Virus record (IMG/VR): IMGVR_UViG_3300020042_001560
Location: 1-24,662 of that record
DNA length: 24,662 nt
Direction: 5' to 3' (one strand)
From: a virus
Lineage: Duplodnaviria; Caudoviricetes
The position numbers were made by a program, and so were the translations under genes. Below the pieces are notes generated by a model. The model saw only the letters and a program-made list of their open reading frames with translations. It ran no database searches and was not told the DNA's origin. Each line of letters opens with the position of its first letter. The stretch's first letter is position 1. Positions 1-6,719 of the stretch are shown in pieces.

Positions 1-1
1 A

Positions 2-538
2 GCAGCAGAAGAAGTATCAGCAGGCCCAGGTGAAGCGATTGCGTTCCCTGCTGATGGTCGCGCTGAATATATAGAACCAGGTGGTACTAGTTTTGAGTAC
101 CAATTCAAGCGGCTAGAGCAGCTTGCAGGGCAGATTAATGAATTAGGTTTATCGGCAGTATTAGGTCAAAAGTTAAGCGCTGAAACAGCAGAAGCAAAAC
201 GCATTGACCGCAGCCAAGGCGATAGCACCATGATGGTAATTGCGCAGAATATGCAAGACATGATTGATAATTGCTTACAGTTTCATGCTGAATATCTCGG
301 CACTACTGAAGCGGCTGGTAGTTGTCATGTAAATCGTGATTTTATTGGCGCAAGACTAGAACCTCAGGAGATCCAAGCATTACTTCAGCTTTATACTGCT
401 GGCACCATCACGCAGGAGACATTACTGGAACAACTTGCTAATGGTGAAGTGTTAGGCGATGATTTTGATGTTGAAGAAGAACTCAGCGCAACTGCTAATG
501 GAGGGCTGAATGACGATACCGGCAGCCCTATTTCGTAA
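2..538 (+). CDS. Portal protein, C-terminal part (DUF4055-like); 5'-truncated by the window edge
   Basis: The frame of ORF 230..538 is open back to base 2 (AAEEVSAGPGEAIAFPADGRAEYIEPGG...AETAEAKRIDRSQGDS...). It has an acidic C-terminus with 'LYTAGTITQETLL' and lies directly upstream of a gpF-like gene. Confidence 0.8.
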   Translation, partial: AAEEVSAGPGEAIAFPADGRAEYIEPGGTSFEYQFKRLEQLAGQINELGLSAVLGQKLSAETAEAKRIDRSQGDSTMMVIAQNMQDMIDNCLQFHAEYLGTTEAAGSCHVNRDFIGARLEPQEIQALLQLYTAGTITQETLLEQLANGEVLGDDFDVEEELSATANGGLNDDTGSPIS

Positions 539-2576
539 CGCGATTGATTTAAACCGCTACAGCAATAGTGTAGGCCGTCAAATAGTAACAACTTATAATG
601 ATATTATTATTGACTCTGTAAACCAGCTACGAACAATTGACGAGCTAGCAGCACCAGTAAAAGCAGCAAGATTACGTGGGATATTAGCCCAGCTCAAAGA
701 CAGCCTTGATACATGGGCAGGTGATAGCACCGCTACCACTGCAAGCGAGCTGCAAGGCTTAGCAGAACTGCAATCTGATTTTGTTACTGAAGAGCTACGA
801 AAGGCATTGCCAGCAGGTGCTCGGAACATAGTGAATAGTGTAGAGATCAGCCCGCAATTTGCACAATCAGTAGTTACAACTGACCCGACACAGCTTAATG
901 TCGTGGCATTGTCGGATGATTTATACAAATCTGTCTATGGCGTGGAAGCGTTAGCCAATCAAGCAGGCACTGGTACATTCAGCCTCACCGCAGCAAAAGG
1001 CACAATGATCACTCTGCCTAACGGTGAGGTGGTAAGTAAAGCATTTCGTGGTATCGCTGTCGATCAAGCTGAACAGTTTGGGCAAGTGGTACGCAATGGC
1101 TTGTTAACAGGTGAGACTACATCTGATATTGCAAAGCGGTTAATTGGCAGCTTACAATTTGGCGAAGAGCCCACGATGATCAATAAGGCGCTTAAAAAGA
1201 TTATTGCAGCCGGCGGGCAATCAACTTCTATAGCTGATAACCAGATCATGGCGCTTGTACGTACAAGCATCAATCAGGTTGCTAATGCTGCCAGCCAACA
1301 GGTATACGAAGCAAACCAAGACATTACTAAGAAATATCGATACATTGCAACACTTGATACTAGAACCAGTGCAATATGCCGCGCATTGGATGGTCAAGAA
1401 TTTGACTATGGCAAAGGCCCGATGCCGCCGCAACATTTTAACTGCTTACCTGGCGACGCGATAGTAGCGCCCTGTGGCCGGATTGCGGCAGCTTACCGTC
1501 GGAGTTACGAGGGCTTTCTCTACGTCATCAAAACTGCCGATGGTCACGTAGTCAGAGTCACCCCAAATCATCCGATACTGACAAGTGCCGGATGGCAGCC
1601 TGCTCAAAGCATCAATGTGGGTGATCAAGTTTTCAGCCGCTCGATCGTTCCAGGCAAACTCATTCATGATTGCCAAAAAAGCAATGCTGTAGCCACTGCC
1701 GAGGATATATTTAGTGCGCTCAGGGAATCGAGCGCGATGTTGACCGTGGAAGTGCCAACCTCCGCCCCAGACTTCCACGGCGACACTTGGAGTGGTAGCC
1801 CAAGGATCAATCTTGCAAAGCAGGTCGCAGTTGTACTTGCCGATCGGAAATTGCTGCTCGCAGTTAACCCCAAATTGCTCAAGACTCTGTTGAACTTTGG
1901 ACTCCAAGGGTCCAATTTTGCGGCAGCGGGCAGCAGCCATCTTGATTTGAGTGATCTCGCTGTTAGGCCGTCCACGCTTAACAGCATTAGCGGCAGCAAC
2001 CAAAATTTTACGCTCGGCAGCGGTAGTGCGACCCATGCGAGCGAATTGCTGCTCGCTCCTATTCCTAAGATTGCGCCCGGATTCCATGATGATGCGCTCT
2101 ATGGGACGTGGCGAGACGTCGAAACGATCTGCAATACCACGGATACCAATACCATCGTCATAGGCGGAAATAATCAGGTCAATGTCGTCTGGATTAGGCG
2201 GGAACCATTTAGCGGGCATGTCTACAATTTTGAGACGGAGAGCGGCACCTATTGGGCCGATAGCATCCTAACCCATAATTGCAGGTCAACGACAGTGCCA
2301 GTGATTAATTATGAAGAGCTTGGGTTTGGTGCTCCTCCATCAGTTACGAAAGGCAAGCGTGCCAGCATTGATGGCCCAGTACCTGTTGGCACTACTTATG
2401 GGCAATGGCTTAAAGATCAACCACGTTCAGTGCAAGAAGATGTGCTAGGTAAAGATAAAGTAAAATACTTTAATCAATTAGCAGAAAAATACGGTGCACG
2501 CGATGCAATGGCAAAGCTAGTTCGTGACGATGGCTCCGAACTGACGCTAGAGCAACTCCGCAAGCGTTACGGCTAA
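510..2576 (+). CDS. Minor head / head morphogenesis protein (Mu gpF, SPP1 gp7 family), intein-containing precursor; 688 aa, 409 aa after splicing
   Basis: Family motif 'YIATLDTRTSAICRALDG...PMPPQHFN|CRST' is restored when residues 312-590 are removed. 'TYGQWLK.Q...Q..VLG' follows. Located after the portal. Confidence 0.9.
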   Translation: MTIPAALFRNAIDLNRYSNSVGRQIVTTYNDIIIDSVNQLRTIDELAAPVKAARLRGILAQLKDSLDTWAGDSTATTASELQGLAELQSDFVTEELRKALPAGARNIVNSVEISPQFAQSVVTTDPTQLNVVALSDDLYKSVYGVEALANQAGTGTFSLTAAKGTMITLPNGEVVSKAFRGIAVDQAEQFGQVVRNGLLTGETTSDIAKRLIGSLQFGEEPTMINKALKKIIAAGGQSTSIADNQIMALVRTSINQVANAASQQVYEANQDITKKYRYIATLDTRTSAICRALDGQEFDYGKGPMPPQHFNCLPGDAIVAPCGRIAAAYRRSYEGFLYVIKTADGHVVRVTPNHPILTSAGWQPAQSINVGDQVFSRSIVPGKLIHDCQKSNAVATAEDIFSALRESSAMLTVEVPTSAPDFHGDTWSGSPRINLAKQVAVVLADRKLLLAVNPKLLKTLLNFGLQGSNFAAAGSSHLDLSDLAVRPSTLNSISGSNQNFTLGSGSATHASELLLAPIPKIAPGFHDDALYGTWRDVETICNTTDTNTIVIGGNNQVNVVWIRREPFSGHVYNFETESGTYWADSILTHNCRSTTVPVINYEELGFGAPPSVTKGKRASIDGPVPVGTTYGQWLKDQPRSVQEDVLGKDKVKYFNQLAEKYGARDAMAKLVRDDGSELTLEQLRKRYG
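1446..2219 (-). CDS. Putative homing endonuclease (HTH + NUMOD3-like + Vsr/DUF559-type PD-(D/E)XK domain), antisense within the intein
   Basis: 257-aa ATG ORF. HTH-like 'IISAYDDGIGIRGIADRFDVSPRPIERII..G'; NUMOD3-like 'KRGRPNSEITQIKMAAAR'; nuclease core 'LESKVQQSLEQFGV...EQQFPIGKYNCDLL...VAVEVWGGGWH...ERTKYILGSGYSI'. Confidence 0.85.
   Translation of the reverse strand: MPAKWFPPNPDDIDLIISAYDDGIGIRGIADRFDVSPRPIERIIMESGRNLRNRSEQQFARMGRTTAAERKILVAAANAVKRGRPNSEITQIKMAAARCRKIGPLESKVQQSLEQFGVNCEQQFPIGKYNCDLLCKIDPWATTPSVAVEVWGGGWHFHGQHRARFPERTKYILGSGYSIAFLAIMNEFAWNDRAAENLITHIDALSRLPSGTCQYRMIWGDSDYVTIGSFDDVEKALVTPTVSCRNPATGRYYRVAR
2265..2272 (-). promoter_or_regulatory. Candidate -10 element (GTTAGGAT) for the antisense endonuclease
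   Basis: TAGGAT on the minus strand ends 45 nt upstream of the ATG at 2219. It has the same GnTAnnnT form as the + strand boxes. TTGACC lies upstream but with only a 13-nt spacer. Confidence 0.3.
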
Positions 2577-2608
2577 CATATCAGCATTCACTTGCAGTCG
2601 AGCGCATT

Positions 2609-2698
2609 ATGCCTGGTTACATGGGCGGTCCAGCAAAACCACAAAAGCCAGCACCAAAAGGCAAAGGCACAAAACCTAAAGGAGACAAGAAAAAGTAA
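2609..2698 (+). CDS. Small Lys/Pro/Gly-rich peptide, 29 aa (MPGYMGGPAKPQKPAPKGKGTKPKGDKKK)
   Basis: Hand-translated; below the ORF-track cutoff. Fills the intergenic gap, and its TAA overlaps the next ATG (TAATG). Confidence 0.65.
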   Translation: MPGYMGGPAKPQKPAPKGKGTKPKGDKKK

Positions 2699-2919
2699 TG
2701 GCAAAACCTCGCCGCGTACCAAAAGACAAGGCAACCGGCTTGCCTAAAAAGTATCTCAGTGGTGCTAAAAACAAGAGTGCAAAAGCTCTTGAAATTAAGC
2801 GCACCGCCGAGGCTTATAAACGCGGTGAGTTTATTAACATTCAAGCAGTATCCGAATCGAGGACTAAACAGGATGCCAAGCGCAAAGCCCCTAAACGAAG
2901 CAACAAAAAAAGCGCTTAA
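2698..2919 (+). CDS. Small basic hypothetical protein, 73 aa
   Basis: ATG coupled to the upstream stop; 'RRVPKDKATGLPKKYLSG'; very K/R-rich. Confidence 0.7.
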   Translation: MAKPRRVPKDKATGLPKKYLSGAKNKSAKALEIKRTAEAYKRGEFINIQAVSESRTKQDAKRKAPKRSNKKSA

Positions 2920-3118
2920 AGCGAAAGCTGAAGGCACGCGCTTTACCTACGGTGAACTTGCTGCGGTTTATCGTCGCGGTCAAGGCGCATACCTATCTAG
3001 CGGCTCACGTAACGTGCCGATGACTGCATGGGCAATGGGTCGCGTTAATAGCTACATCTCAGGTGAAGGCGGCGCACGTAAAGCAGATGGTGATATCTAC
3101 AAAAAGGCTAGAAAGTAA
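2873..3118 (+). CDS. Small basic viral protein, 81 aa (resembles the DUF5824-type motif)
   Basis: ATG at 2873 with GAGG upstream. Motif 'LAAVYRRGQGAY...WAMGRVNSY...D.DI'. Stop overlaps the next ATG. Confidence 0.7.
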   Translation: MPSAKPLNEATKKALKAKAEGTRFTYGELAAVYRRGQGAYLSSGSRNVPMTAWAMGRVNSYISGEGGARKADGDIYKKARK

Positions 3119-3393
3119 TGGCAATCGAACGTGGCGGTCACAAATTTGAAGGTTACAACAAACCAATACGCACGCCAAATCATCCTAAAAAATCACATGC
3201 GGTACTCGCCAAAGAAGGCGACACCATCAAGCTCATACGATTCGGCCAGCAAGGTGTAAGCGGCAGCCCACCAACTAAAGGTGAATCTATGGCTGATAAG
3301 GCAAGACGCGCTAACTTCAAAGCAAGATTTGCTGCTGATATCGCTAAAGGGAAAATGAGTGCTGCATTCTGGGCAGATAAAGAAAAATGGTAG
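3118..3393 (+). CDS. Small basic conserved phage protein, 91 aa
   Basis: Motif 'KLIRFGQQG...RRANFKAR...KMSAAFWADKEKW'; TAATG coupling. Confidence 0.8.
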   Translation: MAIERGGHKFEGYNKPIRTPNHPKKSHAVLAKEGDTIKLIRFGQQGVSGSPPTKGESMADKARRANFKARFAADIAKGKMSAAFWADKEKW

Positions 3394-3423
3394 GTAAGAT
3401 ACAACTGCAAACGCAAAATATCA

Positions 3424-4068
3424 ATGTCTGAAGAAATCCAAGCAACAACAGATGAAACGCAAAAAAGCATTGAAGCACTGGAACGCAAAAACCAAGAATT
3501 GATTGCTGAATTACGTGCCGCAAAAAAGGCACCAAAGTTGCCTGATGGTGTGGACATTGACGAACTGCTCGAATTTAAGCGCCAAGCCCAGCAAACCGAA
3601 CTTGAATCCGCCGGTAAATATACCGAAGCAAGGCAAGCTTTGGAGCAGCAGTACCGTGAGACGACGGCGCAAAAGGACCAGCGCCTTACTGAACTTGAAA
3701 CCAGAATCAAAGACCTAGAACTCGTAGCACCAGCGATTCAAGCATTAGCTGATATCGTGCACGATCCAGATATGGTTTTAAAGAACAAACTAGGCAGCGA
3801 TCAAATTGAACGTGAAGCTGATGGCACCGTTGTAGTAGTTAATGGGTACCAACGCACGCCAGTAGCAGAATGGGCAAAAACTTTACCGGCATGGATGCAA
3901 AAGGCACCGAAACCACAAGGCAGCGGTGCACCATCAGGCAATGCACCAAGCAGCTTGCCAATAGGCGTTAAAAATCCATTTGCGCCGGAATCATTCAACT
4001 TGACGGAACAGGCACGATTGTTTAGGACTGACCGCGATTTGTACGACCGCTTTAAAGCTAACCGCTAG
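3424..4068 (+). CDS. Capsid scaffolding protein
   Basis: Helical/coiled-coil E/Q/K-rich N-terminus, a 'PKPQGSGAPSG' linker and a 'KNPF...FNLTEQARL' tail. Immediately upstream of the capsid gene. Confidence 0.85.
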   Translation: MSEEIQATTDETQKSIEALERKNQELIAELRAAKKAPKLPDGVDIDELLEFKRQAQQTELESAGKYTEARQALEQQYRETTAQKDQRLTELETRIKDLELVAPAIQALADIVHDPDMVLKNKLGSDQIEREADGTVVVVNGYQRTPVAEWAKTLPAWMQKAPKPQGSGAPSGNAPSSLPIGVKNPFAPESFNLTEQARLFRTDRDLYDRFKANR

Positions 4069-4078
4069 AGTATCGACA

Positions 4079-4110
4079 ACCGGCTGCGCTGGTAATAGGG
4101 CTGCGCCCTA
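4079..4110 (+). promoter_or_regulatory. Twin hairpins with C-UGC-G loops in the capsid gene leader
   Basis: ACCGGC-TGC-GCTGGT (4079-4093) and TAGGGC-TGC-GCCCTA (4096-4110). Confidence 0.6.
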
Positions 4111-4137
4111 ACCTGTAAACCATTTCTATGAGGACTA

Positions 4138-5154
4138 ATGGCAACTTTAAGGTCTGATTTAATCATTCCCGAAATCTTCACCCCCTACGTTATTGAGCAG
4201 ACCACCTTGCGTGATGCTTTCTTGTCATCGGGTGTTGTACAACCAATGGCGGAATTGAACGCTACCGAAGGTGGCGACTATATCAATGTGCCATTCTTCA
4301 AAGCTAACTTAACTGGCGACTTTGAAGTGCTTACTGATAGCTCTTCATTGACACCTGGCAAGATCACTGCTGATAAGCAGGTTGGTGTTGTATTGCACCG
4401 TGGCCGTGCCTTTGAATCACGCGATCTCGCAGCTCTTGCTGCTGGCGCTGATCCCATGGCCGCAATTGGAGCCAAAGTGGCTGACTATGTAGCCAACCAA
4501 CGTCAAAAAGATCTCATCAAGTGCCTTGAAGGTGTATTTGGTGGCTTGACATCTAACACCGGCGCTGCATTCGCTGGATTATCGCTTGATCTAAGCGGCA
4601 TGACTGCACTTGGCCCCCGCCAATGCGCAAAAGCTCGTTCACTATTGGGTGATCAAGGCGAAAAGCTAACAACAGTGGCAATGCATTCCGCTGTTTTTTA
4701 CGATTTAATTGAGCGGAAAGCGATAGATTACGTGACAAATAGTGAGGCACGCGGCGGCGGCACTGTTGCTACCACCGGCATTGCTCCTGTAATCGCTGGC
4801 AGCATCACTGGTGCATATGAGAACCCAACAATTGCTCAATATATGGGAATGAGGGTAATTGTTTCAGATGATTTAGCACCTACCAGCACCAACTACCCAG
4901 TTTACTTTTTCACTGCTGGCGCTATTGGCAGCGGCGACATGGGGCTCAACACTGAAACCGATCGTGACATTCTGGCTAAGTCAGATGCCATGTCAATCGA
5001 CCTGCACTATGTGTATCACCCGATTGGCGCTAAGTGGACAACTGGCACCGTTAACCCAACTCAAGCTCAGCTTGCCACTATTGGCAACTGGTCTAAAGTG
5101 TATGAAACCAAAAACCTTGGTATCGTACGCGCCACTGTTACATCCAACTTCTGA
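4138..5154 (+). CDS. Major capsid protein (HK97 fold)
   Basis: 338 aa. 'MATLRSDLIIPEIFTPY', 'GGDYINVPFF', 'VAMHSAVFYDL', 'YMGMRVIVSDD', 'ETDRDILA'. GAGG RBS; follows the scaffold. Confidence 0.93.
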   Translation: MATLRSDLIIPEIFTPYVIEQTTLRDAFLSSGVVQPMAELNATEGGDYINVPFFKANLTGDFEVLTDSSSLTPGKITADKQVGVVLHRGRAFESRDLAALAAGADPMAAIGAKVADYVANQRQKDLIKCLEGVFGGLTSNTGAAFAGLSLDLSGMTALGPRQCAKARSLLGDQGEKLTTVAMHSAVFYDLIERKAIDYVTNSEARGGGTVATTGIAPVIAGSITGAYENPTIAQYMGMRVIVSDDLAPTSTNYPVYFFTAGAIGSGDMGLNTETDRDILAKSDAMSIDLHYVYHPIGAKWTTGTVNPTQAQLATIGNWSKVYETKNLGIVRATVTSNF

Positions 5155-5165
5155 GGTAATTAGTC

Positions 5166-5579
5166 ATGGCATCTATCTTTGAGCTTGGCGACATCCCAGG
5201 TGGCCTACTGCCTGGGCAAATGGGTTTAGCAGCTCCTACTGCTACCGCAACCCTAAGTACAGCTAACAGCTACAACGTCATTATCCGTGGCGTTCCTGCT
5301 GCTGCTGCTACATATACCACAGCTACGGCTGCGGCAGTTGTGGCTGCTATCGGTGGCGACTGCGCTATTGGCACCACTTTTATGGTGGTTGTTATTAACG
5401 CATCGGCTGGAGCTAATACCATCACTATTGCTGGTGGTACTGACGTAACAGTTAGCGGCGTAGCAACTGTTGTGCAGAATGCTTCCAAGGTATTCCTTGG
5501 CCGTGTTACTGCTGTAGCTGCTGGTTCTGAAGCCATTACTTTGTATGGCCTAGGTTCTACTGCTGCTGCTGCTGCTTAA
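5166..5579 (+). CDS. Ala/Thr/Gly-rich virion protein, possible capsid decoration protein
   Basis: 137 aa, beta-rich composition, GAGGT RBS, directly after the capsid gene and before the terminator-like hairpin. Confidence 0.55.
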   Translation: MASIFELGDIPGGLLPGQMGLAAPTATATLSTANSYNVIIRGVPAAAATYTTATAAAVVAAIGGDCAIGTTFMVVVINASAGANTITIAGGTDVTVSGVATVVQNASKVFLGRVTAVAAGSEAITLYGLGSTAAAAA

Positions 5580-5581
5580 TT

Positions 5582-5668
5582 ATGGGCATGTTCGCTTTCC
5601 GGCGAATGCGTGATCGTGAGGCTTTCTCCCGGAGGTGGCCTCATTTTCTATTGCGGAGCCTACACTAA
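5582..5668 (+). CDS. Small ORF, 28 aa (MGMFAFRRMRDREAFSRR...), possibly frameshifted
   Basis: Hand-translated; starts 2 nt after the upstream stop and runs through the hairpin. Confidence 0.35.
   Translation: MGMFAFRRMRDREAFSRRWPHFLLRSLH
5617..5649 (+). terminator. Probable intrinsic terminator after the capsid genes
   Basis: TGAGGCT...GGCCTCA stem with inner CTC/GAG pairing, followed by TTTTCT. Confidence 0.55.
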
Positions 5669-5686
5669 TACCAGAGGAGGCTACTG

Positions 5687-6247
5687 ATGGCAATCGTGAT
5701 AGTGGCGACCCCAAACGCCGCCGACGCAAACTCGTACATAACGCTGGCGAATGCCCAGTTGATAGTTGACGGGCTTGTGCAAGATGCAGATATCACTGCA
5801 TGGGGCTCTGCTACTACAGATGCCAAAAATCGTGCACTTTATACTGCGACACAACGATTAGATCGTGAACGGTTTTTAGGTGCTAGGGCAACTGATACGC
5901 AAGCGCTGCAATGGCCGCGTACTGGCGTGAGAAGGCCCGATACTTATATCAATACTTATGCCGTCGGTTTCCCATTTCGCATTACCACCGATTATTTTAA
6001 CGACAACGAAATCCCGCCGCAGGTGCAATATGCACAGGTGCTGCTTGCGGCGTACCTAAATAACAACACCGATGGCATTGGACTCAGCGGGCTAGAAGAT
6101 TTTAAGAATGTAAAAATCGGTAGTCTTGACGTCACGCCAAATTTCAGCGGTGCAGTCGGCGCAGATAAAATTCCTCCCATGGTTGAACGCTACCTGACAG
6201 GGCTTAGAATAAGCGGACCAGGCAACTTTGCAATCAAACGATCATGA
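5687..6247 (+). CDS. Head-tail adaptor (DnaT-like family)
   Basis: 'ANSYITLANA', 'ALYTATQRLD', 'QALQWPRTG', 'IPPQVQYAQ', 'VKIGSLDV'; GGAGG RBS. Confidence 0.8.
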   Translation: MAIVIVATPNAADANSYITLANAQLIVDGLVQDADITAWGSATTDAKNRALYTATQRLDRERFLGARATDTQALQWPRTGVRRPDTYINTYAVGFPFRITTDYFNDNEIPPQVQYAQVLLAAYLNNNTDGIGLSGLEDFKNVKIGSLDVTPNFSGAVGADKIPPMVERYLTGLRISGPGNFAIKRS

Positions 6248-6468
6248 GCGAATATCCAGGCGCTGAGTTTATTGATGATACTGCTGCCCATACCGGCAGG
6301 TTCGGCGAGATTGTTGCATTAGAGGATTCAGTAATTGCAAGCGTTACGGCGCTGGATTACACCGGTAATGCACTTACTGCAATTCCAATCAAGGCATCCT
6401 GCGAGATGTGTGGTGTATTCACCTCTATCACGCTCACCAGCGGCACTGTTATCGCGTACAAGATATGA
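6244..6468 (+). CDS. Small virion protein, paralog 1 (74 aa)
   Basis: ATGA overlap; 'DTAAHTGRF...GVFTSITLTSGTVIAYKI'. Confidence 0.8.
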   Translation: MSEYPGAEFIDDTAAHTGRFGEIVALEDSVIASVTALDYTGNALTAIPIKASCEMCGVFTSITLTSGTVIAYKI

Positions 6469-6719
6469 GCTTCAAAGGCCACCAGGGCGGCGATGTTGAC
6501 TACACGCTCGGCGGTGAGGTTATTACTGACACGGCTGTGCACACTGGTAGATTTAACCATATTGATTTTTTTGAAAACACTCATATTGATACAATTGTCA
6601 GCACTAACATGACGGGCAACACTTTAAACGGTGAGACATTCCCGGCAGGCTCTGAAATCCGTGGTGTGTTTACTAGCATTAAATTACAAACTGGCGCTTG
6701 CATTGCGTATAAAATATGA
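6465..6719 (+). CDS. Small virion protein, paralog 2 (84 aa)
   Basis: Start reassigned to the ATG at 6465 (ATGA overlap); 'DTAVHTGRF...GVFTSIKLQTGACIAYKI'. Confidence 0.8.
   Translation: MSFKGHQGGDVDYTLGGEVITDTAVHTGRFNHIDFFENTHIDTIVSTNMTGNTLNGETFPAGSEIRGVFTSIKLQTGACIAYKI

Larger units (their letters stand above)
1443..2279 (+). mobile_element. Intein, 279 aa, Cys1...His-Asn/Cys+1
   Basis: Block A CLPGDAIV; block B VRVTPNHPIL (TxxH); GWQPAQSINVGDQV; block F HVYNFETESGTYWA; block G ILTHN followed by extein Cys (tgc 2280-2282). Confidence 0.95.

Noticed and set aside
1664-1999. Other ORFs inside the intein (1664..1999 minus; 1951..2163 plus)
   Set aside because: No recognisable motifs; by-products of a doubly constrained, stop-poor region.
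1640-2160. In-frame LAGLIDADG or HNH endonuclease in the intein's sense frame
   Set aside because: No such motifs are visible. The Ser/Leu/Ala-rich sequence reads as the shadow of the antisense gene.
2280-2576. MuF-type polymorphic toxin C-terminal extension
   Set aside because: The C-extein is under 100 aa, resembles the ordinary gp7 tail (YGQWL..Q...VLG) and has no toxin motif or obvious immunity gene.
2759-2872. Long version of ORF 2759..3118, or a frameshift fusion with 2698..2919
   Set aside because: The ATG at 2873 has a GAGG upstream, and no convincing slippery site plus structure was found; treated as two overlapping genes.
3180-3710. 176-aa minus-strand ORF over the scaffold gene
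   Set aside because: Ser/Leu-rich antisense shadow of an E/K/Q-rich gene, with no motif.
5560-5577. (GCT)n microsatellite
   Set aside because: Encodes the terminal poly-Ala; too short to imply phase variation.
6408-6464. N-terminal extensions given by the ORF track (6408, 21525, 22399)
   Set aside because: They overlap upstream genes out of frame. The coupled or adjacent ATGs at 6465, 21573 and 22453 fit better.
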